A DNA stretch of 64,000 nucleotides from Alphaproteobacteria bacterium (GTDB lineage: Bacteria > Pseudomonadota > Alphaproteobacteria > Bin95). Of the stretch, positions 54,395-64,000 are shown piece by piece. The DNA lies in contig OZ219787.1 of the NCBI GenBank assembly GCA_964291285.2, forward strand, positions 448,001-512,000, written 5' to 3'. How positions within the stretch are numbered: position 1 is the stretch's first letter; every line of letters starts with the position of its first letter. The notes under the pieces are model-generated. The model was not told the origin of the DNA. It did no database searches and saw only the letters and a program-made list of their open reading frames with translations. The position numbers and the translations under genes were made by a program.

Positions 54395-55990
54395 ATGCCG
54401 AACCCACCTCGCAACTGGTTGGCCCGAAGGGCGCGGGGCGTCGTGCCGGCGGCTGCGCTCAGCCTCGCTCTCGCCTTCCCGGCAGCGGGACAGACCGAGC
54501 TCAATGTGGCCATCCACGCCGACCTGAAGAACATCGACCCGATCTGGACCACCGCGCTCATCACCAGCAATCACGGCTACGCGGTCTACGACACGCTGTT
54601 CGCCACGGACGCGGATTTCAACGTCCAGCCGCAGATGGCGGAAGGCTACACGGTGAGCGATGACGGACTCGTTTACACCATCACGCTTCGCGAGGGCCTC
54701 AACTGGCATGACGGCACCCCGGTGACCGCGAAGGACTGCGTGGCGTCCATCAGGCGGTGGGGCCAGCGCGACGTGTTCGGACAGCTCCTCATGGAGCGGG
54801 TCGACACGATGGTGGCGGCGGACGACCGCACCATCGTGATGACGCTCAAGAACCCCTGGGCTCTGGCCATCGCCGCCCTCGGCAAGAAGAACGCGAATGT
54901 GCCTTTCATGATGCCGGAGCGGGTCGCGATGACCGATCCGCATGAGCAGATCAAGGAGATGGTCGGCTCGGGGCCCTTCAGGATTCTGGAGGATGAATGG
55001 GTGCCCGGCAGCAAGGTCGTTTACGAGAAGAACGCGGACTATGTGCCGCGAGACGAACCTGCAAGCGAGACGGCGGGTGGCAAGGTCGTCCATTTTGACC
55101 GCCTTGTCTGGCAGTACATTCCCGACTCGCAGACCACGGCGAACGCGCTCGTCGCGGGCGAGATCGACCTCATCGAGAACGTCCCGGCAGACCTCGTGCC
55201 ACAGCTCAACGCCGCCGAAGGCGTCACCGTGGAGCCGACGGACGGGCTCGGCTGGCAGCCCTGGCTGGTCATCAACCACCTGCACCCGCCCTTCGACAAT
55301 GTGAAGGCCCGCCAGGCCCTCCAGCTCATGGCGGACCAGGCCACCTACCAGCTGGCGAACAGCTCGCTGGAAGGCTCGTGGCGCACTTGTCCAGCGATGT
55401 TCATCTGCGACACGCCGCATGCCAGCGACCTCGGGTCCGAACGCCTCATGCAGCAGAATCTCGAGGAAGCGAAGAAGCTGCTCGCCGAGTCCGGCTACAA
55501 CGGGGAGCCCGTCGTTCTGCTGCACCCGACGGACATCCCGCAGCTCCACTCCGCAAGCCTGGTGAGCGCCGCCCTCCTCAGGGAAATCGGCGTCAATGTG
55601 GACGACCAGGCGATGGACTGGTCCACCCTCACCTCGCGCCGGGCCGAGAAGAAGGCCCCGGCCGACGGCGGCTGGAACCTGTTCCACACGGCCTGGCCGG
55701 CGAACATGCTGCTTAACCCGATGATGCACAACGGCGTCTCGGGCGCCTGCGACGCCGCCTGGTTCGGTTGGCCCTGCGACGAGGAACTCCAGGAACTCAG
55801 GGCGAAATTCTCCAATGAAGCCGACCCGGAGACGCTGGTCACGCTTTCCCGGCGGATGCAGGAGCGCGCGATGGAATATGTCACCTACATTCCTCTGGGG
55901 CAGTATTTCTTCTACCGCGCCTACCGGAACGAGGTGAGCGGAGTCATCCCCTCCACCGACGCCTTCTTCTGGAACATCCGGAAGAATTAG
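54395..55990 (+). CDS. ABC transporter substrate-binding protein (family 5, peptide/nickel)
   Basis: Signal peptide, IDPIWT, VYDTLF, WHDGTPVTAKD, GSGPF. Confidence 0.93.
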   Translation: MPNPPRNWLARRARGVVPAAALSLALAFPAAGQTELNVAIHADLKNIDPIWTTALITSNHGYAVYDTLFATDADFNVQPQMAEGYTVSDDGLVYTITLREGLNWHDGTPVTAKDCVASIRRWGQRDVFGQLLMERVDTMVAADDRTIVMTLKNPWALAIAALGKKNANVPFMMPERVAMTDPHEQIKEMVGSGPFRILEDEWVPGSKVVYEKNADYVPRDEPASETAGGKVVHFDRLVWQYIPDSQTTANALVAGEIDLIENVPADLVPQLNAAEGVTVEPTDGLGWQPWLVINHLHPPFDNVKARQALQLMADQATYQLANSSLEGSWRTCPAMFICDTPHASDLGSERLMQQNLEEAKKLLAESGYNGEPVVLLHPTDIPQLHSASLVSAALLREIGVNVDDQAMDWSTLTSRRAEKKAPADGGWNLFHTAWPANMLLNPMMHNGVSGACDAAWFGWPCDEELQELRAKFSNEADPETLVTLSRRMQERAMEYVTYIPLGQYFFYRAYRNEVSGVIPSTDAFFWNIRKN

Positions 55991-56000
55991 GCCGCCTTTG

Positions 56001-56052
56001 TTGCCGCCCGTCCGCCGCCGCCGAAACCGCGGGCGGCGGGCGGGTCCGGCAA
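56001..56052 (+). terminator. GC-rich hairpin after the SBP gene
   Basis: TTGCCG-CCCGTCCGCCGCC ... GGCGGCGGGCGGG-T-CCGGCAA. No U tract. Confidence 0.4.
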
Positions 56053-56073
56053 GTGAAATTGGAGAACGACGCC

Positions 56074-57486
56074 ATGCAGGACGAGGACCTCTGTTTTCGC
56101 TCCGCGGTCGATCTCGCCGCCGACATCCGCGCCCGCCGCCTCTCGCCGGTGGAGCTTGCACAAGCGGTGATCGCCCGGATCGAAGCGCTCAATCCGGCCC
56201 TCAACTGCTTCTGCACGCCGACGCCGGAAATCGCGCTGGAGCAGGCGAAGGCGGCGGAAGAGGCAGTCATGCGCGGCCGGCCCCTCGGCCTGCTGCACGG
56301 CATTCCCTATTCGATCAAGGACATGCAGCCGACACGAGGCGTGCGCACCATGCGCGGTTCGAAGATTCTCGAGAACAACGTCCCGGAAGACGACACGCCG
56401 CTTGAGCGGCGCCTCGGGGAGGCCGGGGGTGTCTTCCTCGGCAAGACGACGACGCCGGAGTTCGGCTGGAAGGGGGCGACCGACAGTCCCGTCACCGGCA
56501 TCACCCGGAACCCATGGAACCTGGAGCGCACGCCCGGCGGGTCGAGCGGCGGCGCCTCGGCCCAGATTGCGGCGGGCCTGGGGCCGCTCGCGCAGGGCGG
56601 CGACGGCGGCGGCTCGATCCGCATACCGTCCTCCTTCGCAGGCATTTTCGGCATCAAGCCGACCATCGGCCTCGTGCCCTATGTGCCTATGCCGCATAAC
56701 GGCCTCCTGTCCCATCTCGGGCCGATGACCCGCACCGTGTCCGACGCCGCTCTCATGCTGAGCGCCATCGCCGGCTACGACCCGGCCGACAGGTTCAGCC
56801 AGCCGGGGCCGCAGCAGGACTTCCTTGCCGGCCTGCATGACGGGGTCGCCGGCCTCAGGGTGTTCTGGAGCCCGACCCTGGGCTATGCGGAAGTGGACCC
56901 GGAAGTCGCGGAAGCGACGGCGCGGGCGGCCGCCCGTTTCGTGGAACTCGGCGCCGAGGTGGAGGAAGGCGACCCCGGCATCGGCAATGCGACCGATTTC
57001 TTCGTCGTGCTGTACCAGAGCGCCGTCGCCGGTGGCCTGGTGCAGTATCTCGACGAGTGGGAGTCCGAGATGGACCCCGGCCTCGTGCATATGGTGCGCC
57101 GGGGGATGGAATACAGCGCGGTCGACTATGTGCAGGCGCGGATCGAGCGGCTCGCCTTTTGCGACCGGCTGGCCCGGTTCTTCGAAAGCTACGACCTGCT
57201 TCTCACGCCTGCGACCGCCGTTCCGGCATTCCCGGTGAGCCAGGTGGCGCCCGAGCCCGGCCGGTTCGAGGCCGAAGACCTGTTTGCGTGGACTCCGTTC
57301 AGCTTCCCGTTCAACGCCTCAGGCAATCCGGCAGCGAGCGTGCCCTGCGGCTTCACCCGGGACGGGCTGCCCATCGGCCTCCAGATCGTGGGCCGGCTCC
57401 ATGAGGACCAGCGGGTGCTGCAGGCCGCCGCCGCTTTCGAACGTATCGCGCCCTGGGCCGACCGCCGTCCCGAAATTCCGGCCTAG
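56074..57486 (+). CDS. Amidase-signature family amidase
   Basis: SIKD, GKTTTPEFG, PGGSSGG, DGGGSIRIP. Confidence 0.95.
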   Translation: MQDEDLCFRSAVDLAADIRARRLSPVELAQAVIARIEALNPALNCFCTPTPEIALEQAKAAEEAVMRGRPLGLLHGIPYSIKDMQPTRGVRTMRGSKILENNVPEDDTPLERRLGEAGGVFLGKTTTPEFGWKGATDSPVTGITRNPWNLERTPGGSSGGASAQIAAGLGPLAQGGDGGGSIRIPSSFAGIFGIKPTIGLVPYVPMPHNGLLSHLGPMTRTVSDAALMLSAIAGYDPADRFSQPGPQQDFLAGLHDGVAGLRVFWSPTLGYAEVDPEVAEATARAAARFVELGAEVEEGDPGIGNATDFFVVLYQSAVAGGLVQYLDEWESEMDPGLVHMVRRGMEYSAVDYVQARIERLAFCDRLARFFESYDLLLTPATAVPAFPVSQVAPEPGRFEAEDLFAWTPFSFPFNASGNPAASVPCGFTRDGLPIGLQIVGRLHEDQRVLQAAAAFERIAPWADRRPEIPA

Positions 57487-58109
57487 TAGATCGTCTTCTC
57501 CAGCTCGGCCGAATAGGCGCGATCCCAGGATTTCGCCTCGAACTCGCCCTCGGTGTCGAGCGCTTCCATGATCTCGCCGAGAGTCGGCAGGGAGTCGCGG
57601 GGCACGCGCGTTTCCGGGCGCCAGAGGCGGGAGCGGACGAGCGCCTTCGGACACTGGATATAGACCCGGTCCACGGCGACCGAGAGCACGCTGCGCGGCA
57701 ACTGCCCCCTCATCTCGAAACGCGCCAGCAACTCCGGGTCCGTGCCGATGCGCCCGCGTCCGTTGATGCGCAGCGTCTCGCCGACGCCCGGAATGAGGAA
57801 GAGCAGCGAGACGCGCGGGTCACGGACGATATTGCGCAGGCTGTCGAGCCGGTTGTTGCCGCGCCGGTCGGGCAGCAGCACGGTCTTCGAATCCTGCACC
57901 TGCACGAACCCGGCCGGGTCGCCGCGCGGGCTGCAGTCGAGCCCTTCCGGCCCGACCGTCGCCAGCACGACGAAGGGCGCTGCGTCGATGAAGGCGCGGT
58001 AGTGGTCAGAGATATGGTCGATCTCCTTGAGGATCGCGCGCCGCCTGGGAGGCATCTCGTAGAGCGCCTCCAGTTCGGCCTCGCTCCTGATCCATCCGTT
58101 CGACTGCAT
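57483..58109 (-). CDS. Pyridoxamine-5'-phosphate-oxidase-like flavin-binding protein
   Basis: DCSPRGD, PDRRGNNRLDSLRNI, ETLRING. Confidence 0.92.
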   Translation of the reverse strand: MQSNGWIRSEAELEALYEMPPRRRAILKEIDHISDHYRAFIDAAPFVVLATVGPEGLDCSPRGDPAGFVQVQDSKTVLLPDRRGNNRLDSLRNIVRDPRVSLLFLIPGVGETLRINGRGRIGTDPELLARFEMRGQLPRSVLSVAVDRVYIQCPKALVRSRLWRPETRVPRDSLPTLGEIMEALDTEGEFEAKSWDRAYSAELEKTIY

Positions 58110-58141
58110 GGCGTTTCCTCCTCCCTGGGGCGCGCCGCGGC

Positions 58142-59062
58142 TCAAGCCATCGGCATTCCCGCATGGACGCTGCGGGAGTTCGCGATTTCGTAGAATTGGC
58201 CCGAAAGCGACGGCATGGCGACCTCGGCAATGCTCTCCGGCGTCCAGTTGCCGTTGCGGTGGACCGTGCGCACGGGGCGGGAATGGCCGTAAAGCGTGAG
58301 TTCGCCCGCGCGCTGGTGGAACACCTGGCCGTTGACATAGCCCGCCTCTTCCGAGGCGAGGAAGGTGCAGAGCGGGGCGATGGCGTCCGCGCGGCTGAGC
58401 CTCAGGCGCTCGTCCCGGATCGCTGCCGCCGCGGGGTCCTTCGGCGTTGGCACGCTGCGGGTCATGCGGGTGTCGGCCGAGGGCGCGATGACATTCGCGG
58501 TCACGTTCTTCGATGCGTTCTCCATCGCCACGATGCGCGCGAGCGCCACGATGCCGAGCTTCGCCGCGCCGTAGTTCGCCTGGCCGATATTGCCGAGCAG
58601 GCCGGAGGTCGAGGAGACCATGATGATGCGCCCGTATTCCTGCTCGCGGAACAGGTTGATCGCCGCCCGGTTGACATTGAAGTGGCCGGTCAGGTGGACG
58701 TCGATGACCGCCTGCCAGTCTTCCGGCGACATCTTGTGGAACATGCGGTCGCGCAGGATGCCGGCGGGATTGAAGACGATATGCAGCCCGCCGAACTCGT
58801 CGCGGGCCTGCTGCACCATGTCGAGGCAGTCCTCGAATTTGGCCACCGAGCCGAAATTGGCGGCCGCCTGGCCGCCCGCCGCCCTGATCTCATCGGCGAT
58901 CTCCTGGGCCGGTGTCCGGTCGCCGCCCTCGCCGCCGCCGCCGACGCCGGGATCGTTGACAATGACGCTCGCGCCGTTCGCGGCCATCATCTTCGCCACT
59001 TCGGCGCCGACGCCGCGCCCCGAACCGGTGCAGATCGCAACCCGCCCTTCCAGCATTCCCAT
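58142..59062 (-). CDS. SDR oxidoreductase (3-hydroxyacyl-CoA dehydrogenase-like)
   Basis: TGSGRGVG, AGILRD, GQANYGAAK. Confidence 0.93.
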   Translation of the reverse strand: MGMLEGRVAICTGSGRGVGAEVAKMMAANGASVIVNDPGVGGGGEGGDRTPAQEIADEIRAAGGQAAANFGSVAKFEDCLDMVQQARDEFGGLHIVFNPAGILRDRMFHKMSPEDWQAVIDVHLTGHFNVNRAAINLFREQEYGRIIMVSSTSGLLGNIGQANYGAAKLGIVALARIVAMENASKNVTANVIAPSADTRMTRSVPTPKDPAAAAIRDERLRLSRADAIAPLCTFLASEEAGYVNGQVFHQRAGELTLYGHSRPVRTVHRNGNWTPESIAEVAMPSLSGQFYEIANSRSVHAGMPMA

Positions 59063-59151
59063 CGAACCGTCTCCCCTCCATATTTCCGGCAGCCCAATGC
59101 CCCGCCGCGAATGTGCGGGCTATTGCACCGCCTGTCAAAACCCGCTGCGCC

Positions 59152-60318
59152 CTACCGCAGCGAACTTCCGAACAGGTCGCGGGCGACGATGTGGCGCTGG
59201 ACTTCGTTCGGGCCTTCGCCGATGCGGCGGATGCGCATTTCGCGGTACCAGCGCTCGAACGGCAGGTCCTTGGTGACGCCGTAGCCGCCATGGATCTGCA
59301 TCGCCCGGTCCACCACCCGGCCCGACGCCTCGGTCGCCACGATCTTGGCGAGCGCGGAGTCGGTGCGGAAGGGCTCGCCGCGCCGCGCCTTGTCGGCAGC
59401 GGCAAGCGTGATCCAGAGCGACTGGCGGATGTCGATCTCGTTCTCCACCACCATCCACTGGATTCCCTGGCGATGCGCCAGCTTGTCGCCGAAGGTCTCC
59501 CTTATCCCGGCATATTCGACCGCCAGTTCCTGCGCCTTGACGGCGACGCCGATGCAGGTGGCCGCATAGGGGATGCGCTGGCGCGACACGCGGTCATTGG
59601 CGATGGCGAAGCCGCCATTCACCTCTCCCAGCACATTGGCGTGCGGCACCCGCATGTCCTCGAATTGCAGCTCTGTCGCATAGCGCGCCGCGCGCAGCGT
59701 GTGGACGATGCGCCGCACATGGAAGCCCGGCGTGTCCGTCTCGACGATGAAGCAGGTGACGCCGGCCCGCCCCTTGCCCGGGTCGGTGCGGGCGAAGACG
59801 AGGCCGAAATCCGCCCGGTCGGCACCGGAGATGAACATCTTGGCACCGTTGATGACCCACTCGTCGCCGTCGCGCACCGCGCGGGTCTGGATGGCGCGGG
59901 CCGGGTCCGAGCCGCCGGAAGGCTCCGTCAGGCCGAAGAAGGTCTTCTTCTCGCCCCTCAGCATCGGAAAGAGGAAGCGCCGCTTCTGGTCGTCATTGGC
60001 CTCGAACATCTGCGCCAGGCCCGCGCCGCCGAACACGTTGTAGCAGGGCGCGTAGAGGCCCGCGCGGTGCTGCGACATCTCGATGGCGAGCAGGGTGCGG
60101 GTCATAATATCCACGTCCGGCCCCCCGAATTCAGGCGGAATGTCGAGTCCGTAGAGACCCATCTCCGCTACCCGGCCGGCAAGGCGCTCATGGTCCTCCG
60201 GCGGCAGGCTGTCGGCGTCGGGGTCCAGGTCATCCTCCAGCGGCACGATCTCCTCGCGCACGAAGCGGCGCACCTGGTCCACGATCAGTTTCTGCTCGTC
60301 GGTAAGAGACAGGTCCAT
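59152..60318 (-). CDS. Acyl-CoA dehydrogenase
   Basis: LTEPSGGSD, INGAKMFISG, QIHGGYG, IGEGPNEVQ. Confidence 0.95.
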   Translation of the reverse strand: MDLSLTDEQKLIVDQVRRFVREEIVPLEDDLDPDADSLPPEDHERLAGRVAEMGLYGLDIPPEFGGPDVDIMTRTLLAIEMSQHRAGLYAPCYNVFGGAGLAQMFEANDDQKRRFLFPMLRGEKKTFFGLTEPSGGSDPARAIQTRAVRDGDEWVINGAKMFISGADRADFGLVFARTDPGKGRAGVTCFIVETDTPGFHVRRIVHTLRAARYATELQFEDMRVPHANVLGEVNGGFAIANDRVSRQRIPYAATCIGVAVKAQELAVEYAGIRETFGDKLAHRQGIQWMVVENEIDIRQSLWITLAAADKARRGEPFRTDSALAKIVATEASGRVVDRAMQIHGGYGVTKDLPFERWYREMRIRRIGEGPNEVQRHIVARDLFGSSLR

Positions 60319-60361
60319 AAGTCTTGCGCTTTCCTGATTCCGAAAATTCTGTCGGGGCCCG

Positions 60362-60697
60362 TCAGGCCGGACTGAGCCGCCCGAGGCCCTCGCCGTCCTC
60401 CCGCGGGTTCCACGCCGGCAGCCCGCCATGGTCGGCGCGGTAGGCCATCATCAGCTCGAGCCAACGGGTGCGCGGCTGGTGGTTGACCTCCAGGCGGAAG
60501 AACAGCCCCTCGCCGCGCTCCTCCAGTTCGCGCCCGAGCTCGCCGCGCAGGCCGAACAGCGAGCGGGCATCGACCCTGTGGATGGCCCGCACCGTCGCGC
60601 CGTCGTCGGAGAGCTGATAGATGCCGAGCTGGCCGCTGAGCCCGGCCACGGCCTCCGCGTCGAGCCGCCGCCAGGGCTTGTCGAGTCGCACGGCCAT
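60362..60697 (-). CDS. Hypothetical protein (111 aa)
   Basis: Abuts the hydratase stop codon. Pattern GQLGIYQL...SLFGLRGEL...FRLEVN...LPAWN. Confidence 0.7.
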   Translation of the reverse strand: MAVRLDKPWRRLDAEAVAGLSGQLGIYQLSDDGATVRAIHRVDARSLFGLRGELGRELEERGEGLFFRLEVNHQPRTRWLELMMAYRADHGGLPAWNPREDGEGLGRLSPA

Positions 60698-61453
60698 CTA
60701 TTCCCCGGTGAAGTTGGCCGGGCGCTTCTCCAGCCGCGCCGCGATGCCTTCCTTCGCGTCTGCGGAAAGGCGGACGGTGCGCAGCACGGGCAGCAGATCC
60801 TCATGCGGCGTCGCGTCGCGGAAGGCCATTTGCCGGAGCATGACGGCCTTCATCGCCTTCATCGCGAGCGGCGCATTGGCGGCAAGGCGCCGGGTGACGG
60901 CCTCGACCGCCGCTTCCAGCCCGGCGTCGGGCACCGCCTTGTAGATCATGCCAAGCGCATGCATCCGCGCGGCCGGCAGCGGGTCGCCGAGCAGCAGCAT
61001 TTCGCGCGCCGCAACGGGACCGCCGGTCTCGACGATCTTCTTGGCGAGGAACCAGGTCGGCACCAGCCCGATCTGGGCAAGCGACATGCCGAAGCGCGCG
61101 CTCTCCGCCGCCACCACAAGGTCGCAATGCAGCGCCAGCTCGTTGCCGCCCGCGATCGCATCGCCGTGCACGACCCCGACCACGGGCAGGGGATAGTGCT
61201 GCACGGCGTCCAGAACCGCCTCGATCGGGCTTTCGGTGTCGAGCGTGCCGGCCCGCTCCCGCAGGTCCATCCCGGCGCAGAAGACCGGCCCCTCGGCGCG
61301 GATCACGGTCAGCCGCTCGGCGCTCTCCGGCTCGCTCCGGAAGGCGGCGAGGAGCGCGTCGAGCATCTCGCGGTTGAGCGCGTTGCGCTTTTCCGGGCGG
61401 TTCAGGCGCACGGTACGCACCGGACCCTCGCGTTCGACCAGGACAATCGGCAT
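60698..61453 (-). CDS. Enoyl-CoA hydratase/isomerase
   Basis: LNRPEKRNAL, FCAGMDL, AGGNELALHCD, EGIAARLEKR. Confidence 0.93.
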   Translation of the reverse strand: MPIVLVEREGPVRTVRLNRPEKRNALNREMLDALLAAFRSEPESAERLTVIRAEGPVFCAGMDLRERAGTLDTESPIEAVLDAVQHYPLPVVGVVHGDAIAGGNELALHCDLVVAAESARFGMSLAQIGLVPTWFLAKKIVETGGPVAAREMLLLGDPLPAARMHALGMIYKAVPDAGLEAAVEAVTRRLAANAPLAMKAMKAVMLRQMAFRDATPHEDLLPVLRTVRLSADAKEGIAARLEKRPANFTGE

Positions 61454-61551
61454 CGATTCCTCGAATTGTCATTTTTTCGGCTGGAAAGTCTTGCACGGGC
61501 GCGCGCACTATCCAACCATGCCCCGCTTTGGGGAGAAGCAGGGGACATGGC

Positions 61552-61968
61552 ATGAAACCATCGCTGGCGCCCGACCTGAAAAGCGTCCGCCGGTTCGATG
61601 TCACGGCGGACCAGACCATCGATTTCATGGGCGAGGACCTGCGGGTGCTGGCGACGCCGTTCATGCTGGCGCGGGTGGAGCAGACCTGCCGCGACCTGGT
61701 GGTGTCCCATCTCGACGACGGCGAGGACACGGTCGGCATGCGGGTGGAGATCGACCATCTGGGGCCGACGCTCGCCGGCATGTGGATCGAGGTCTCGGCC
61801 CGCGTCCTGACGCTCGACGGCCAGCGTATCGAGCTCGCCGTAGACATTTGCGATGCGCTCGGCCAGGTCGGCCGCGCCCGCCATACCCGGTTCGTCATCG
61901 ACAAGGGCCGCCAGCGCGAGCGCCTTGCCGCCCGCCGGGCCAAGGCGGAGGCCGCCGGCGCGCTCTAG
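61552..61968 (+). CDS. FlK-like hot-dog thioesterase
   Basis: VLATP, E, TVG, HLGPT, HTRFVI. Confidence 0.88.
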   Translation: MKPSLAPDLKSVRRFDVTADQTIDFMGEDLRVLATPFMLARVEQTCRDLVVSHLDDGEDTVGMRVEIDHLGPTLAGMWIEVSARVLTLDGQRIELAVDICDALGQVGRARHTRFVIDKGRQRERLAARRAKAEAAGAL

Positions 61969-62273
61969 CGGTCGAGAACCGACTCGAACCCTTCGAATTG
62001 CGGATGGCCGAGATAGAGGTCGCGCCGGCCGCCGGCGCCCGCATGGGCCTTCCGGAACGCTTCCGACCGCGTCCAGTCGGTGAAGGCGTCCCGGTCGCGC
62101 CAGATCGAGTGCGAGGCGTAGAGCGTGTGGTCTTCCTCCTCCGGTCCCCTGAGGAGGCGGAATTCGACGAACCCCGGCACCCCGTCGAGATGGGAGTTGC
62201 GCTCCGACCAGAGCTGCTCGAAATCCGCCTCGCGCCCGCGCACGATGCGAAAGCGGTTCATTGCAATGAACAT
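61965..62273 (-). CDS. Antibiotic-biosynthesis monooxygenase / IsdG-like heme oxygenase
   Basis: MFIAMNRF, VPGF, YASHSIW, WTRSEAFRKAH. Confidence 0.9.
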   Translation of the reverse strand: MFIAMNRFRIVRGREADFEQLWSERNSHLDGVPGFVEFRLLRGPEEEDHTLYASHSIWRDRDAFTDWTRSEAFRKAHAGAGGRRDLYLGHPQFEGFESVLDR

Positions 62274-62405
62274 CGCCTTCCCGTCCTTCCCCGCCGCCAC
62301 CGACGTCGGGGCAAGAATACCCGGCTGCACCGGCAGGGGAAGCCGCGTTGCAGGCCTATCGGCGGCTGCCTATGATGCGCGGCTTCCTGCTAACGGCCCG
62401 TTCCC

Positions 62406-64000
62406 ATGCTGACCTCGCTCCGAAAAGGCGCCGCTTCCTGGCTCGCCAAAATCCTCTTTGCCCTGCTCATCCTGAGCTTCGCCGCGTGGGGCGTCGGGGA
62501 CTACCTGTCGCCGGAAGTGGACGACGCCGTGGCGACGGTCGGCGAGTCCGAGATCGGCGCCGAGGAGTTCAGGCGCGAATACTCCCGCCAGTTCAATGAA
62601 TGGCGCCGGCGCCTCGGCGGCAACATCACCCCGGAAATCGCCGCACAGCTCGGCCTGCCCCAGGAGGTGCTCCAGGCGACGGTCCGCCGCCGGCTGGTGG
62701 AGCTCGAGGCCGGCCGGCTGGGCCTTGCGGTCGGGGACGGCCAGGTCCGCCGCACTATCGAGGAGGATCCGAATTTCGGCGGCCGTCTCGGCGGCTTCGA
62801 CCGTGCGCTCTTCGAGCGGGTCCTGCTGACCAACGGGCTGAGCGAGGGCGAGTTCGTCGCCATGCTGCGCCGCGACATATCGAGGCGCCAGGTTGACCGT
62901 TCGGTCGAACGCAATGTCCGCGCGTCGCGGAGCATGGCAGAGGCGGTGCACCGCTACCGGAACGAGAGCCGCAGGGCGGTGCTGATCCGGGTGCCGGAGG
63001 CCACCGCCCTCCCGGAAGACCCGGGCGAGGGAGAGTTGCGCGCCTGGCACGAGGCGAACCGGGACAACTTCATGGCGCCCGCCTACCGGGCCGTCACGGC
63101 GATCGTGCTCGACCCCGACCGGTGGCTGGACCGGGTGGACGCCGACCCCGTCCTGGCGCGGGAGGCCTATGAGGCGCGCATCGCGGACTTCACCGTGCCG
63201 GCGACCCGGCGCGTCCGACAGGTGCTCTTCGACGGCGAGTCGAAGGCGCAGGAGTTCATGACGGCGCTGGCCACCGGTGCCGAACTGGAACGGGCGGCCG
63301 GGAATATCGGAGCCGCAGTCAGCGACCTCGGCCCCGTTTCCCGCAATCAGCTGCCTCAGCCGGCCCTGGCCGAGGCGGTGTTCTCCCTCGGGGAAGCGGG
63401 CATAGCGGGCCCGGTGGAGACGCCGCTCGGCTGGCATGTGCTGGCCGTGGACCAGATCGCAGAGGAAAATGTGATCCCGTTCGAGGACGTGAAGGAAGGC
63501 CTGGAACGGGAGGTCGCGCGCGAGATCGCGATCGAGCGGCTGGCGGACCTGGCGAACGACCTGGACGACCAATTGGGCGGCGGCGCGACCTTCGAGGACG
63601 CGGCGCGCGCGCTTGACCTGCCCCTGCTGACGATCGCGGCCGTGGACGCTTCCGGCCGCGACCGCGCCGGCCAGCAGCCGGAGGGCCTGCCGGCCGAAGC
63701 GAACTTCCTGCGGACAGCCTTTTCCACGCCCGTGGGCGAAGACAGCCTTCTCGGCGAACTCGGGGATGGCGGCTATTTCGTGCTCCGGGTGGAAAGCGAG
63801 ACGCCGCCGGCCGTGCGCGGCTTCGAGGAAGCGAAGCCGCTGGTGCTTTCGGCCTGGCGCAGGGAGCGGCTCGACGAAGCGGCGAAGGCAAGGGCCGATG
63901 CCCTGGCGGAGAAGCTGCGCGAGGGCCGCACGCCCGCCTCGGTCGCCGGCGGGCTCGCGGTGACCGAAACCGGGCCGTTCACCCGCACGGAGGCCGAGCC
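62406..64000 (+). CDS. ppiD: PpiD/SurA-N-domain periplasmic chaperone / peptidylprolyl isomerase (partial)
   Basis: Not in the ORF track (no stop). Hand translation gives MLTSLRKGAASWLAKILFALLILSFAAWGVGD...VATVG...GPVETPLGWHV. Confidence 0.88.
   Translation, partial: MLTSLRKGAASWLAKILFALLILSFAAWGVGDYLSPEVDDAVATVGESEIGAEEFRREYSRQFNEWRRRLGGNITPEIAAQLGLPQEVLQATVRRRLVELEAGRLGLAVGDGQVRRTIEEDPNFGGRLGGFDRALFERVLLTNGLSEGEFVAMLRRDISRRQVDRSVERNVRASRSMAEAVHRYRNESRRAVLIRVPEATALPEDPGEGELRAWHEANRDNFMAPAYRAVTAIVLDPDRWLDRVDADPVLAREAYEARIADFTVPATRRVRQVLFDGESKAQEFMTALATGAELERAAGNIGAAVSDLGPVSRNQLPQPALAEAVFSLGEAGIAGPVETPLGWHVLAVDQIAEENVIPFEDVKEGLEREVAREIAIERLADLANDLDDQLGGGATFEDAARALDLPLLTIAAVDASGRDRAGQQPEGLPAEANFLRTAFSTPVGEDSLLGELGDGGYFVLRVESETPPAVRGFEEAKPLVLSAWRRERLDEAAKARADALAEKLREGRTPASVAGGLAVTETGPFTRTEAE

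Noticed and set aside
56074-57486. Amidase as gatA
   Set aside because: No gatB/gatC neighbours and it follows a peptide SBP, so it is a generic amidase.

Overview
GC-rich bacterial DNA, probably from an alphaproteobacterium (inferred from gene content), in four zones. (1) 1-17965 is the arm of an integrative/conjugative element or plasmid-like island. It has a co-oriented minus-strand 'leading-region' array: a methylase-helicase of the strawberry-notch type (runs off the left edge), a pseudogene, a small papain-like protein, RadC, a GHKL ATPase, a long ParB protein, and a MoxR AAA+ / DUF3150-like / DUF2201-vWA trio whose catalytic motifs are altered. An IS630 follows, then a divergent wHTH / small ORF / ABC-ATPase operon. 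(2) 17966-28165 is a nest of five insertion sequences whose ends and target duplications can be read directly: IS5 < IS21-like < IS1634, and IS5 < unclassified DDE element < IS1595. The IS21-like element is unusually large (about 4.05 kb net). It carries a structured non-coding leader, a Cys/Arg-rich zinc-finger ORF and a Toprim passenger gene lacking its catalytic residues; this is the best candidate here for an undescribed system. (3) 28166-35890 is a surface-glycan cluster (three GT4, two TupA-like ATP-grasp, YrbL-like, several gene remnants). (4) 36033-64000 is chromosomal catabolic and transport genes (TRAP, LLM monooxygenase, orphan MT-A70, VOC, MBL, TauD, CMD, SDR, molybdo-hydroxylase, Rieske fusion, ABC SBP, amidase, acyl-CoA enzymes, ppiD), with an odd 495-bp intergenic element at 48705-49198. 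No rRNA, tRNA or CRISPR array was seen. Family calls come from motif recognition only; no database search was run.
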